Assembly (NCBI GenBank): GCA_036479435.1
Contig: JAZGFI010000117.1
Coordinates: forward strand, 30,615 to 94,614
Direction: 5' to 3'
From: Planctomycetota bacterium
GTDB lineage: Bacteria > Planctomycetota > GCA-002687715 > DRQF01
DNA length: 64,000 nucleotides
Shown: positions 30,531-39,304 of the stretch, one piece after another
Layout of the letters: each line of letters starts with the position of its first letter
How positions within the stretch are numbered: position 1 is the first letter of the stretch
The notes under the pieces: generated by a model
Told to the model about the DNA's origin: nothing
The model's input: only the letters and a program-made list of their open reading frames with translations
Databases searched by the model: none
Program-made: the position numbers and the translations under genes

Positions 30531-33521
30531 CTAACTCGCTGCGATTGAGCCCGTATTGTCGACTTTGCCGAGGGTCTGGAGGATACCCGCGCGGTCCAAA
30601 ATTTGGGCGATCCGCTCTTTGTCGGCCAACGTCGACTCTCGCACGGTATCGGCGAGGTCCGCGCGCTCTTTTTCGCGCTCGCGATAAGAAACCGCGAGAG
30701 AAGCGATGGCCTCGTCGGGCATAGCCTCGATGGACTCAAAGCCCTCGCGATAGACCAGCCGGGTGGCCATCGTCTTGGCCATGATCCAGCGTAGATAGGG
30801 TTCGGGTGTTTTTTCCCAAACGCGGTTCTTTGCCTTTTCAACGAGCGCGGCCGGCAAGTGTTCGATGACCAGCTCTGCAAAGAGTGCACGGTGCTCGTCG
30901 GTGAGAGAATCGAGCGAAGCTTCTATGGCGTCGGCCGTGCGGATCATGACTCGGCTGAGCCGGACGCTCATCTCGAACAGAGGAATTCGCGGGTGCTGGC
31001 TCAAAAGACGGATGAGCAACTCCGCTTCTCTGCGTGCCAAGACGCGAAGTTTCTGGAGGACTTGTTGCACAAACTCCTCTTTGATCTCAAGAAACTCTGA
31101 TTCCTCGAGAATCATGCAGGCGGCGATCTCGAAACTGGAGGTAATGACCCCGCACTTGTTCGCCGAACTGTCTTTGACGATCAAGACCCCTGCCTCGCTC
31201 AAGGCGTGTCTCGCCTCGTTCGTCAGATAGATATTGGCACCTTCGACGATCAACCGGCTGCTGGGCTGACCGTCCGGTTGCAGGAAGTCTCGCCAGTTTC
31301 CGGCGTGGATGGTGCCGGGCCTTCCGCCCGCGGGAATGAAAGCATCAGCTTGGAGGCGATTGTGGAGACTGTTGCGAAGGGAGATCCCGTCCGGGTCGTC
31401 GACGCTCGAGATGCGCCCCTCGGGGCCGAGGGATTTCGGATTGAACTCGGCGATTGGCAGCCCGGCCTCTACCAAGCGGCAAAGCTCGTCGTAGTCGAGT
31501 CCTTTAGGATCTTCACCGCAACCACTGCCGTCCGCAATGCCGACGATGCGCGCGTTGTCGCCATACTCGCGGCGGAGAATCTTGATTTCATTGCCGGCGA
31601 CGTCGCCGTCGGGGCCTCCGGTGATCTTCACCGTGAAGGGCTGGTTTTTTGGATCAATGCCGAGGTAGCGCAAGGCGACGTCTAAAAATACGGTGACGCC
31701 CTCGCTCGTCACTCCGTACTCTTTGTGATTGATACCGGCGCCGGGTTTTGAACTCATGAGCGCGGTAGGGCAGGGATAGCCGCGCAATCTGGCTCGGTCC
31801 ACAATCCACTCGATCATCGGTACCGTAATGTTTTCATCGGGGCCGAGATACAAAAGCTCCTCGCATTCCAACAAGTCAACAATGCGGCTGTTGGTCTCTT
31901 CGTCCGGAGTGACCAAGTCGAGCAGCGAGTCGACGAAGGCCTTGACCGATCGTGCGACTGGAGTGCGCGGTTCGATCAAGACAACGGCTTTTGCGCCGCC
32001 TTCTGGGATGTCTTTGTTTTTAAGCTGTTGAGCGAAAGCCAGGCCGTAGACCTCATCGTAGAGGCGTTGAATTTCTCGGGCGTGTTGATCGGGGCCGATC
32101 GTACGAACGGCGCGAATGCCGCCCCGAGAGATGTCGCGGAACCGGACATGGAAGCCGTTGAAGCTGCGGCCGTGGACAAAAAACACGCCGTGGGGCATCG
32201 CGGTCCGTTCTTCGCGATCGAAGAGGGCGGGGTTTAAGCGAAAAGAAAGGGCGTAGCGGTTCTGAACGAACAGGTTTGTCCGCAGAGTCGCACCGATTGC
32301 GTCCAACAAAGAGGTCAGAATCTGGCGAGAGGATTCGCGATCGACGTTCGTTTCGATGTCGTTTCGCAAGGCGGCCGCTTGGGTCGAGTAGGCGCCGATG
32401 GCCAGAGGAGAGTCGGGGTCAAAGCGCTGGATGAACAGCAACACGATCGCGTGCGAAATTCTGATGTTCTTTTTCACGCACTTCAAAATGCGATCGCGAT
32501 CAAAAGCGTCGGCGTTGAGCTTGACTAAGACCTGGTGCGCCAAATGACAAAGCGCCATCAACACTTCGGCTTCGACCAAGCTCAATCGGTCGTGTTGCAT
32601 GAAGAGTCTTCGCGTCGACGCATCGACCCACTTGATGCGCTCGAGGTCGTCACGGACTCGTGGCCAGATTTCGCTGGCGGGGTCGAGCGCTTTGCCATCG
32701 GGGCCACTGACAACGAAGGCGATGTTGACGACGTCTTCGCGCTCGAAGGAGGGAGTTTGCGAAGTGTAGTTGCCGTCGATGGTGTCGAGGTAGGCGCGAT
32801 GAATCGTGATGCCCTCGCGGCTCAAGTGGTCCGCGATGCGCATCAAGAGGCTTTTGCTTACGCGCTCTTCTGCGGTGACGACGATTCGCGAGCGGTCGGG
32901 TATCGACTCCATCTCATGGAACACCAAAGCCCCGGAGGTGCCACGGATGGCTCGCCAATTTTCGAACACCCGTGCGAGGCGCAACGGGGTCAGAGTCGAG
33001 ACGAGTTCAGCCGAAGCTCGCGAGCAAAAATCGCGAAATTCGGCCTCGTCAAATCCGGAGCACTCTTTTTGGGCGTACTCGGTCGCGAGTTGGACCTTCG
33101 CGAGTTGACTGTCGTCGCTGGCGTCAAAACGGGGCGACACTCCAAACTCGAAGGTGACGAGCATCATGTTGCCGTCGGTCGCCGCGTGAACTTTCGCGGC
33201 GAGGATGGCGCGGTCGTCGGGAAGATCTCGAAGCATCTCCACGAGCGCCGCAGGGTCGGACGTGGAACGAATAAAGGTCCACTTCCGATCGTCTTCGCTC
33301 TTAAGGGTGATCTCGAGGGGAAGCCCTGAAGCTTCGGCGGCGATGATCGCGCGGAGATGACTTAGCCAGTCCCCGTGTTCGGTGTCCTGAAAGTAGGCCT
33401 CGGGCATGCCGCGGATGAAATCGGGAACAACTTGATCCGTCGTTTGGCGCAAACTGTCAGCGAGGTCGCGGGTCAGTGTTGCGGCATCGGGGTGATGGGG
33501 GCTCGGCTTGGAGTCGTTCAT
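30531..33521 (-). CDS. Large NAD-specific glutamate dehydrogenase
   Basis: GFHVRFRDISRGGIR, KNKDIPEGGAK, GPDE, HKEYGVTSEG, GGPDGDVAGN, EGAN and SANKCGV motifs. Confidence 0.92.
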   Translation of the reverse strand: MNDSKPSPHHPDAATLTRDLADSLRQTTDQVVPDFIRGMPEAYFQDTEHGDWLSHLRAIIAAEASGLPLEITLKSEDDRKWTFIRSTSDPAALVEMLRDLPDDRAILAAKVHAATDGNMMLVTFEFGVSPRFDASDDSQLAKVQLATEYAQKECSGFDEAEFRDFCSRASAELVSTLTPLRLARVFENWRAIRGTSGALVFHEMESIPDRSRIVVTAEERVSKSLLMRIADHLSREGITIHRAYLDTIDGNYTSQTPSFEREDVVNIAFVVSGPDGKALDPASEIWPRVRDDLERIKWVDASTRRLFMQHDRLSLVEAEVLMALCHLAHQVLVKLNADAFDRDRILKCVKKNIRISHAIVLLFIQRFDPDSPLAIGAYSTQAAALRNDIETNVDRESSRQILTSLLDAIGATLRTNLFVQNRYALSFRLNPALFDREERTAMPHGVFFVHGRSFNGFHVRFRDISRGGIRAVRTIGPDQHAREIQRLYDEVYGLAFAQQLKNKDIPEGGAKAVVLIEPRTPVARSVKAFVDSLLDLVTPDEETNSRIVDLLECEELLYLGPDENITVPMIEWIVDRARLRGYPCPTALMSSKPGAGINHKEYGVTSEGVTVFLDVALRYLGIDPKNQPFTVKITGGPDGDVAGNEIKILRREYGDNARIVGIADGSGCGEDPKGLDYDELCRLVEAGLPIAEFNPKSLGPEGRISSVDDPDGISLRNSLHNRLQADAFIPAGGRPGTIHAGNWRDFLQPDGQPSSRLIVEGANIYLTNEARHALSEAGVLIVKDSSANKCGVITSSFEIAACMILEESEFLEIKEEFVQQVLQKLRVLARREAELLIRLLSQHPRIPLFEMSVRLSRVMIRTADAIEASLDSLTDEHRALFAELVIEHLPAALVEKAKNRVWEKTPEPYLRWIMAKTMATRLVYREGFESIEAMPDEAIASLAVSYREREKERADLADTVRESTLADKERIAQILDRAGILQTLGKVDNTGSIAAS

Positions 33522-33612
33522 ACCGTCAAGGTAAATCCGCGGCCCTGGCGTGTCAAAACCGCAGATCAGCCATGCCCGTGATTTCGACCCTGAGATGCAG
33601 TATCGTTTTGCC

Positions 33613-34398
33613 ATGCGAATCGCCACTTGGAACGTCAATTCGATCCGGACCCGTGAAAAACGTCTGCTGGCTTGGCTGAAGGAGTGGTCTCCGGACGTCC
33701 TTTGTCTTCAGGAAACGAAGGTTATCGACTCGGTCTTCCCCTTTGAGGCGATCACCGCGGCGGGCTACCACTTCGTGGTGCACGGGCAAAAGACTTACAA
33801 CGGCGTAGCCCTTTTGTCGAAGATCGAAGCAAAGGACGTCGAAAGTGGCTTTGGTGACGACGAGGATGACCCTCAGGCTCGATTCATCGCGGCTAAGTTC
33901 GGCGATCTGGTGGTGGCTTCGGCCTACATCCCCAATGGCTCCAAGCTCGATTCCGACAAATACCCGTACAAACGGCGTTGGTTGGCGCGGCTCGCTCAAT
34001 GGGCTGAGGGCAAGGTGAGCGCGGGGGCCTCGCTGGCGATAGGCGGTGATTACAACATCGCGCTCGACGAACGCGACTTTGCCGATCCCGATCGCTGGGC
34101 GGGGGGCGTCTTATACAATGCCGACGTCCATGCCGACTATGCACGCATCTTAGAAGCAGGCCTAAAAGATGCCTACCGGCTCAAGGTTGAAGAAGGCGGG
34201 CATTTCAGCTGGTGGGACTATCGCCAGCTTTCTTTTCCGCGCAATGATGGCCTTCGCATCGACCACATCTTGGTCACCGAGGATCTAGCTGCGCGCTGCC
34301 GAGATGCGACGATTGACCGTGATCAAAGAAAAAAAGGCGCCTGTCCTGACGGCAGTACCGCTTCCGACCACGCCCCTGTCGTGGTCGATTTTGACTGA
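33613..34398 (+). CDS. xth: Exodeoxyribonuclease III
   Basis: ATWNVNS, LCLQETK, YNGVA, GDYN, WWDYR, GLRIDHIL and SDHAPV motifs. Confidence 0.95.
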   Translation: MRIATWNVNSIRTREKRLLAWLKEWSPDVLCLQETKVIDSVFPFEAITAAGYHFVVHGQKTYNGVALLSKIEAKDVESGFGDDEDDPQARFIAAKFGDLVVASAYIPNGSKLDSDKYPYKRRWLARLAQWAEGKVSAGASLAIGGDYNIALDERDFADPDRWAGGVLYNADVHADYARILEAGLKDAYRLKVEEGGHFSWWDYRQLSFPRNDGLRIDHILVTEDLAARCRDATIDRDQRKKGACPDGSTASDHAPVVVDFD

Positions 34399-35135
34399 TG
34401 GCCTCAGCCAAGCGCGTACCCGCGGCCCTATCTCGCATCACCGACGATCTTTGCCGCGACCTGGCCCCCCTCGCTTTTGAGCCGCCTGTCGCCGCCGTCT
34501 TGAATCCGCTCGTGCACGCTCGCGTCCCGCACCGCAGGTTCTTGGCGAAGTATGCCCAAGGTACCAAGTCCACTTTGCTCTTGGGCATGAACCCTGGGCC
34601 CTGGGGCATGAACCAAACCGGCGTTCCCTTTGGCGAGGTCAGCCATGTCCGCGATTGGATGGGCATCGAGGGAAAAGTAGACTCTCCGCTGAACGCACCC
34701 AGCGCTCGTCCCATTCTCGGATTCAAGTGCACGCGCAGCGAAGTCAGTGGGGCCAGGCTTTGGGGCTGGGCGAAAGATCGATTCGGCACGCCGGAGCGTT
34801 TTTTCGCGGATCGCTTCGTGATCAACTACTGCCCGCTAATCTTTTTAGAAGAAGGCGGCCGCAATCGAACCCCGGACAAACTTCTGGCCGCAGAGCGAAA
34901 AGTCCTCGAAGAAATCTGCGATCACACCCTCCAGCGCTTCGTCGCCCATTTCCAACCCGAGCTCATCTTGGGCGTCGGTAAGTTCGCCGAAAAGTGCGCG
35001 AAGCGGACCTTGGGCAAGGACGGTCCAAGGATCGAATCCATCCCCCATCCCAGCCCCGCATCTCCCGCCGCCAACCGTGGCTGGGCCGCCCTCGTCGACC
35101 GACGCTTGGCTGAACTCGGAATCGACTGGTATTGA
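34398..35135 (+). CDS. SMUG1-family uracil-DNA glycosylase
   Basis: GMNPGPWGMNQTGVPFG, RSEVSG, NYCPL and HPSPASP motifs. Confidence 0.92.
   Translation: MASAKRVPAALSRITDDLCRDLAPLAFEPPVAAVLNPLVHARVPHRRFLAKYAQGTKSTLLLGMNPGPWGMNQTGVPFGEVSHVRDWMGIEGKVDSPLNAPSARPILGFKCTRSEVSGARLWGWAKDRFGTPERFFADRFVINYCPLIFLEEGGRNRTPDKLLAAERKVLEEICDHTLQRFVAHFQPELILGVGKFAEKCAKRTLGKDGPRIESIPHPSPASPAANRGWAALVDRRLAELGIDWY
34755..35135 (+). repeat. Left copy of direct repeat (intact SMUG1 3' end)
   Basis: Homologous to 40924-41174. Confidence 0.85.
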
Positions 35136-35267
35136 GTCGCCGACTCGAACCTATTTCGGGCGCCATGACATCGCAGCCCGTGAATGGGAGACTGCTTTGG
35201 GTTTCACGGGAACCAGAGGTTCAGAGTTCTCGATCACCCCATGCGCTTCCGAAAAAACTGGAAGCGT

Positions 35268-35296
35268 TTGACGACAGAGCGCCGCAAGGATAGTCT
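35268..35296 (+). promoter_or_regulatory. Sigma70-type promoter
   Basis: TTGACG-N17-TAGTCT. Confidence 0.65.
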
Positions 35297-35302
35297 TAAG
35301 TC

Positions 35303-35651
35303 GTTGCCGAGACTCTTCGGCAATTCCCTCGAAAGGTAATTCATGATCCTGTTGCACAAACACTGACGCTGCTGAATGGCGTACAGTGGCACGGGGTCCG
35401 TGTCACGCCACCTCTAATCAGAGGCCACACAGGTCGACGTCCCCGATAGGGCATTCCCTTCGCCGGAGTCGTACCTGATTTCCACAACGCGTTTTCATGA
35501 CGGAGTCCAGGTGGACGCCGTGTTGTTGCGCGCATTTGGGGAACGTGGTTCACACCAGCTGCAAGAAATCTCAGTAACTGCCGAAGCCAAGCGCTTCGGC
35601 GTGTAGCTGGCGTCCGTGTTCTGTCCTTCGGGATCGAACAAGGAGACCTTT
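35303..35651 (+). ncRNA. Highly structured 5' leader; candidate riboswitch or attenuator of unrecognised class
   Basis: Numerous stems, mutually exclusive pairings, and a cUUCGg hairpin directly before the AGGAG RBS. Confidence 0.45.
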
Positions 35652-37082
35652 ATGTACTTACGTTTTACGGTGGCGTTCGTGATCTTCGTGGTCGCGGGTT
35701 CTGCCTTTGCACAACCACAGCAACAACAACAAAGCGTCGAAGATCGACTTCAACGGCTTGAGCAGGAAAACCGACGCATTCTGGATGCGTTTGAATCTTC
35801 GGAGGTGAGAAACGCTAGCCTGATAAAAGAAGTGCAAATGCTCCGATTGGAGTCTGAGGATTTACGCGAGGGCGCAGAATCCTGGCGCACGAGCGACCTG
35901 GAGCAGCGAGTTAACGCTCTCACATCGGCTCTGGACGTGACAGATTGGACGCCTGCGACAAAATCGGGGCTGCCGATTCGCTTTTACGGTTTCATTCGGA
36001 TGGACGCATACTGGAATTCCGCTCGCGCTACGGATCCGATCATCCCTTTTGGCGTTCTGCCGGAAGGGGTCAATGGCATTGGCCGCAATGACTCACAGTT
36101 CGCCTTGGACCCAAGGCTCACACGCTTCGGATTTGATGTGGATGCCGGTGAGATCGCGGGCGCCAAGGTTACTGCGAAGCTGGAAACAGATTTCGCCAAC
36201 TTTCCGTCCGGATCCACAGAATCCAGAGCGACACCTCGCATCCGGCTCGCCTACATCAACTTTGACTTCGGCGAATTGGATCTCCGAATTGGACAAGATT
36301 GGGATGTTGTTTCCCCCCTTTACCCCGCAGTCCATTCCGAGCTTCTCCTTTGGGGAGTCGGGAACCTTGGTGACCGAAGGGCCCAAGTTCAGCTGATCTG
36401 GAATACTGGCGACCCGAAGGGCTTCGCATTTACCGCGGAGCTTTCGGCCGGCTTGACCGGGGCCGTTGATGGCGCAGACAACGACGGTATCGGAGGCCGC
36501 AGCAACATCGATGGATTCGATAGCGGTCATCCGCACGGGCAGTTGCGCCTCGGCGGCAGTTTCAGTTCTTGGGTGACAGCAGAGCGTGCCGCCATTGGAT
36601 TCTGGGGATACGTCGCTTCTCTCGAGACCGACACTCGCTACGACGGCAACGATCGATACACGCCATTTACGGTCGGCGTCGACATCGTCTTGCCGCTATT
36701 TGATCGAGTGAGTTTGCGCGGTGAAGCGTGGTTCGGCCAAGCGCTTTCTGATCTTCGCGGGAACATTCTTCAGGACATCAATACCGCGACGGGAAAAGAA
36801 ATCAGCGGCTGGGGCGGCTTTGCTGAAATTCACTGGCAAGCGACCGACACTCTTCGACTCGCGGTCGGTGGCAGCATCGACGATCCAGACAACGGAGACT
36901 TAAACTTCGGCGTTTCTGGGGAAAACCGAGCGCTCAACTGGACCGTCTACCTGTCCTCCAAGTTGGATCTCGGGGGAGGGCTCACAACCGGCCTGGATGT
37001 CATCTACTGGGAGACCCAGTGGCTGGATTCCGGAATCGGCAACCTTCTGCGCGCCAACTACTGGATCCAATTGAATTTCTAG
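35652..37082 (+). CDS. Outer-membrane porin, DcaP-like, with N-terminal coiled coil
   Basis: Signal peptide, coiled coil, FYGFIRMD, TRFGF, ETDF, RIRLAY, IGQDW, C-terminal F. Confidence 0.8.
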   Translation: MYLRFTVAFVIFVVAGSAFAQPQQQQQSVEDRLQRLEQENRRILDAFESSEVRNASLIKEVQMLRLESEDLREGAESWRTSDLEQRVNALTSALDVTDWTPATKSGLPIRFYGFIRMDAYWNSARATDPIIPFGVLPEGVNGIGRNDSQFALDPRLTRFGFDVDAGEIAGAKVTAKLETDFANFPSGSTESRATPRIRLAYINFDFGELDLRIGQDWDVVSPLYPAVHSELLLWGVGNLGDRRAQVQLIWNTGDPKGFAFTAELSAGLTGAVDGADNDGIGGRSNIDGFDSGHPHGQLRLGGSFSSWVTAERAAIGFWGYVASLETDTRYDGNDRYTPFTVGVDIVLPLFDRVSLRGEAWFGQALSDLRGNILQDINTATGKEISGWGGFAEIHWQATDTLRLAVGGSIDDPDNGDLNFGVSGENRALNWTVYLSSKLDLGGGLTTGLDVIYWETQWLDSGIGNLLRANYWIQLNF

Positions 37083-37092
37083 GAGCGATCTG

Positions 37093-38208
37093 ATGACCAG
37101 AGTCAAATCATCACTAATTCTCGCGTCGCTGATCTTTTTAGGCCTCGGCTGCGCAAGTTCTTCCGGAGAACCCTCCAAATCATCGAGTGGGTTGAAGGGG
37201 ATCTACCTCGCAAACCACGATTTCACGATTGATGTTCCCGAGGGGACCGATCGCCTCCAGGCCTGGTTTGCCATGCCGTCGGACGTCGATCCCTACCAGT
37301 CGATTAGTCGTTGGAAGGTCGATGCACCGTATCCGACGAGGGTCGTTCGAGACACGCGCGGCAACAACTTCCTCTACATGGAAGCTCTTCGGCCATCGAG
37401 TGGCGAATTGACGGTGAAGACAAGTTTCAAGATCGTTCGTGAGGAAGTTGGGTTATCGATCGACCCGGCGTTGACAAGGCCTCATACCGCGGCTGAGCGT
37501 GCTCGGTTTGCCACCGATCTCCGTCCTTCATCTCAAATCGTCATCGACGACGACGTTCGTTCGATGGCGACCCAAGCCGTCGGAATGGAAACCAATCCGA
37601 TCCTTGTTTCGCGCCGGCTCTACGATGCGGTTCTTGATCATGTCGAGTATCACGTGAAGGACCCGAATCCCGATTCTGCGAAGACGATGAGTTCGTCAGG
37701 AACAGGAAGCAGCCGCTACGCATTCGAAAAGTGTACGGGTAACTGTACTGACTTCCATTCGCTTTACGCTGCGCTGTCGCGATCGCAAGGGATTCCGACG
37801 CGCGCAGTCTATGGCTCGTTTTTCAAAGGGCCGCTTGACGGCAGGGACGAGGACCAAAGCTACCACTGCTGGATCGAATTCCATGCTCCGAATATCGGAT
37901 GGATCCCACTGGATGTCGCCGTCGCGGACATATTTGCACCCGACTTCCATGCGAACGAGCACAGTCGAAAGCGGGCGATCCTGACCGTTGCGAACGGTTA
38001 CGGTGGCCCCGACCCAAGGATGGTCGACTACTACTTCGGGAACATCGACGAACGCCGTGTGGTTTGGCATCGAGGGCGGGATCTCGTCATGAAAGACCCG
38101 CCCCAGTCCGGAGCTCCTTTGTTGTGGAATCCCAAAGCCTACGTCGAACTTGACGGCAAGGCCTCGAAGGCGGGGCGCAAGCTGACCTACCATACGGAGG
38201 AGCGCTGA
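37093..38208 (+). CDS. Transglutaminase-like lipoprotein (Cys-His-Asp triad)
   Basis: Lipobox LGLGC; GNCTDFH, YHCWIEF and GWIPLDV motifs. Confidence 0.85.
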   Translation: MTRVKSSLILASLIFLGLGCASSSGEPSKSSSGLKGIYLANHDFTIDVPEGTDRLQAWFAMPSDVDPYQSISRWKVDAPYPTRVVRDTRGNNFLYMEALRPSSGELTVKTSFKIVREEVGLSIDPALTRPHTAAERARFATDLRPSSQIVIDDDVRSMATQAVGMETNPILVSRRLYDAVLDHVEYHVKDPNPDSAKTMSSSGTGSSRYAFEKCTGNCTDFHSLYAALSRSQGIPTRAVYGSFFKGPLDGRDEDQSYHCWIEFHAPNIGWIPLDVAVADIFAPDFHANEHSRKRAILTVANGYGGPDPRMVDYYFGNIDERRVVWHRGRDLVMKDPPQSGAPLLWNPKAYVELDGKASKAGRKLTYHTEER

Positions 38209-38308
38209 ATCCGTGTCCAGCGCCGCTCGAGCGGCGCTGGACTTTCCGACTTTGGAAACTCGCAAGAGTTCAGGGCGAATTCTTGAAGACCAAGGAGACC
38301 TCAAGATC

Positions 38309-38926
38309 ATGAAGAAAGTTGACTGGGACGGCGATGATGTTGTACGGCGAACTGAAATGGTCCTCTTGGCCGTTCGGAAAGCCGGCGGCCAGCAATGCCA
38401 AGACGGTGATTGCACCCGACTCCTCTGCGGACACGAGGCCATCTTTAGCCTTATCGCCGGCTACTCCGAACGACCTATTTGCCGCCAATGCTTGGCTCGG
38501 CAGCTCGATCGAGACCTCGAATATCTCGAAAGCGAACTCGCCATGTTTGCGGCATCGAAACCATGTCTCAGTCAGGGCTGGCGTCTTGCGAACATCGACG
38601 AAGGTGATTCTGTCGATGCCATCCCACACTGTTTTCAGACCACGGCATTGAAACAAGGCCCCAAATCGGACGCCCCCTTGACTGTCGGCAGCTTAGTGAC
38701 GGGGCAGCCGAAACCCGACGCTATTTGGGACGCCGGGGATCAAGGTTGCGGCGATCTTGCTCTGGAACTTCGTAAACGGATTACGCAACTTTCGGCCGGA
38801 GCGATCCTCGAACTGCGTGCAACCGACCCGGGTGCCCCGGAGGACGTCCCGGCCTGGTGCCGGCTTACCGGCCATCCACTCGTTTTCTCGCAACACCCCA
38901 TCTACTTCATCAAAAGGAAGCTTTGA
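38309..38926 (+). CDS. Cys/His-rich N-domain fused to a TusA-like sulfur-carrier domain
   Basis: CQDGDC..LCGH..CRQC..C, followed by WDAGDQGCGDL...ATDPGAPEDVPAWCRLTGH. Confidence 0.75.
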   Translation: MKKVDWDGDDVVRRTEMVLLAVRKAGGQQCQDGDCTRLLCGHEAIFSLIAGYSERPICRQCLARQLDRDLEYLESELAMFAASKPCLSQGWRLANIDEGDSVDAIPHCFQTTALKQGPKSDAPLTVGSLVTGQPKPDAIWDAGDQGCGDLALELRKRITQLSAGAILELRATDPGAPEDVPAWCRLTGHPLVFSQHPIYFIKRKL

Positions 38927-38927
38927 T

Positions 38928-39290
38928 ATGACCGGAAAATTCTGCATTAGCTTGACTTGTGCAAAAGAGAACAGTGACGCGGCCACGGTTGCGTTCGTCG
39001 TGGCCAACGCTGCGCTGGGTTCAGCGCAAGACACCCTCGTTTTTCTCAGCACAGAAGGGGTTCGCTTGTCTCAGCAAGGCTACGCTGATGACATCGAGGA
39101 ATCCGGGTTCGCACCGCTGCGAACGCTCATGGCGGATTTCGCCGATTCGGGCGGTGTCATCTACGTGTGTTCGCCGTGCTTCAAAAAACGTGACTTGGAC
39201 GAAAGCAAGCTAGTGGCCGGAGCGAAGATCGTGGGCGGAGCGAAACTAATCGAGTTTTTGGCCGACGGCACTCCGTCGATCAGCTATTAA
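38928..39290 (+). CDS. DsrE/DsrF-like protein
   Basis: VAFVVANAA, VFLSTEGV, YVCSPCFKKR and GAKIVG motifs. Confidence 0.85.
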   Translation: MTGKFCISLTCAKENSDAATVAFVVANAALGSAQDTLVFLSTEGVRLSQQGYADDIEESGFAPLRTLMADFADSGGVIYVCSPCFKKRDLDESKLVAGAKIVGGAKLIEFLADGTPSISY

Positions 39291-39304
39291 GTCCGGGGGC
39301 GACG

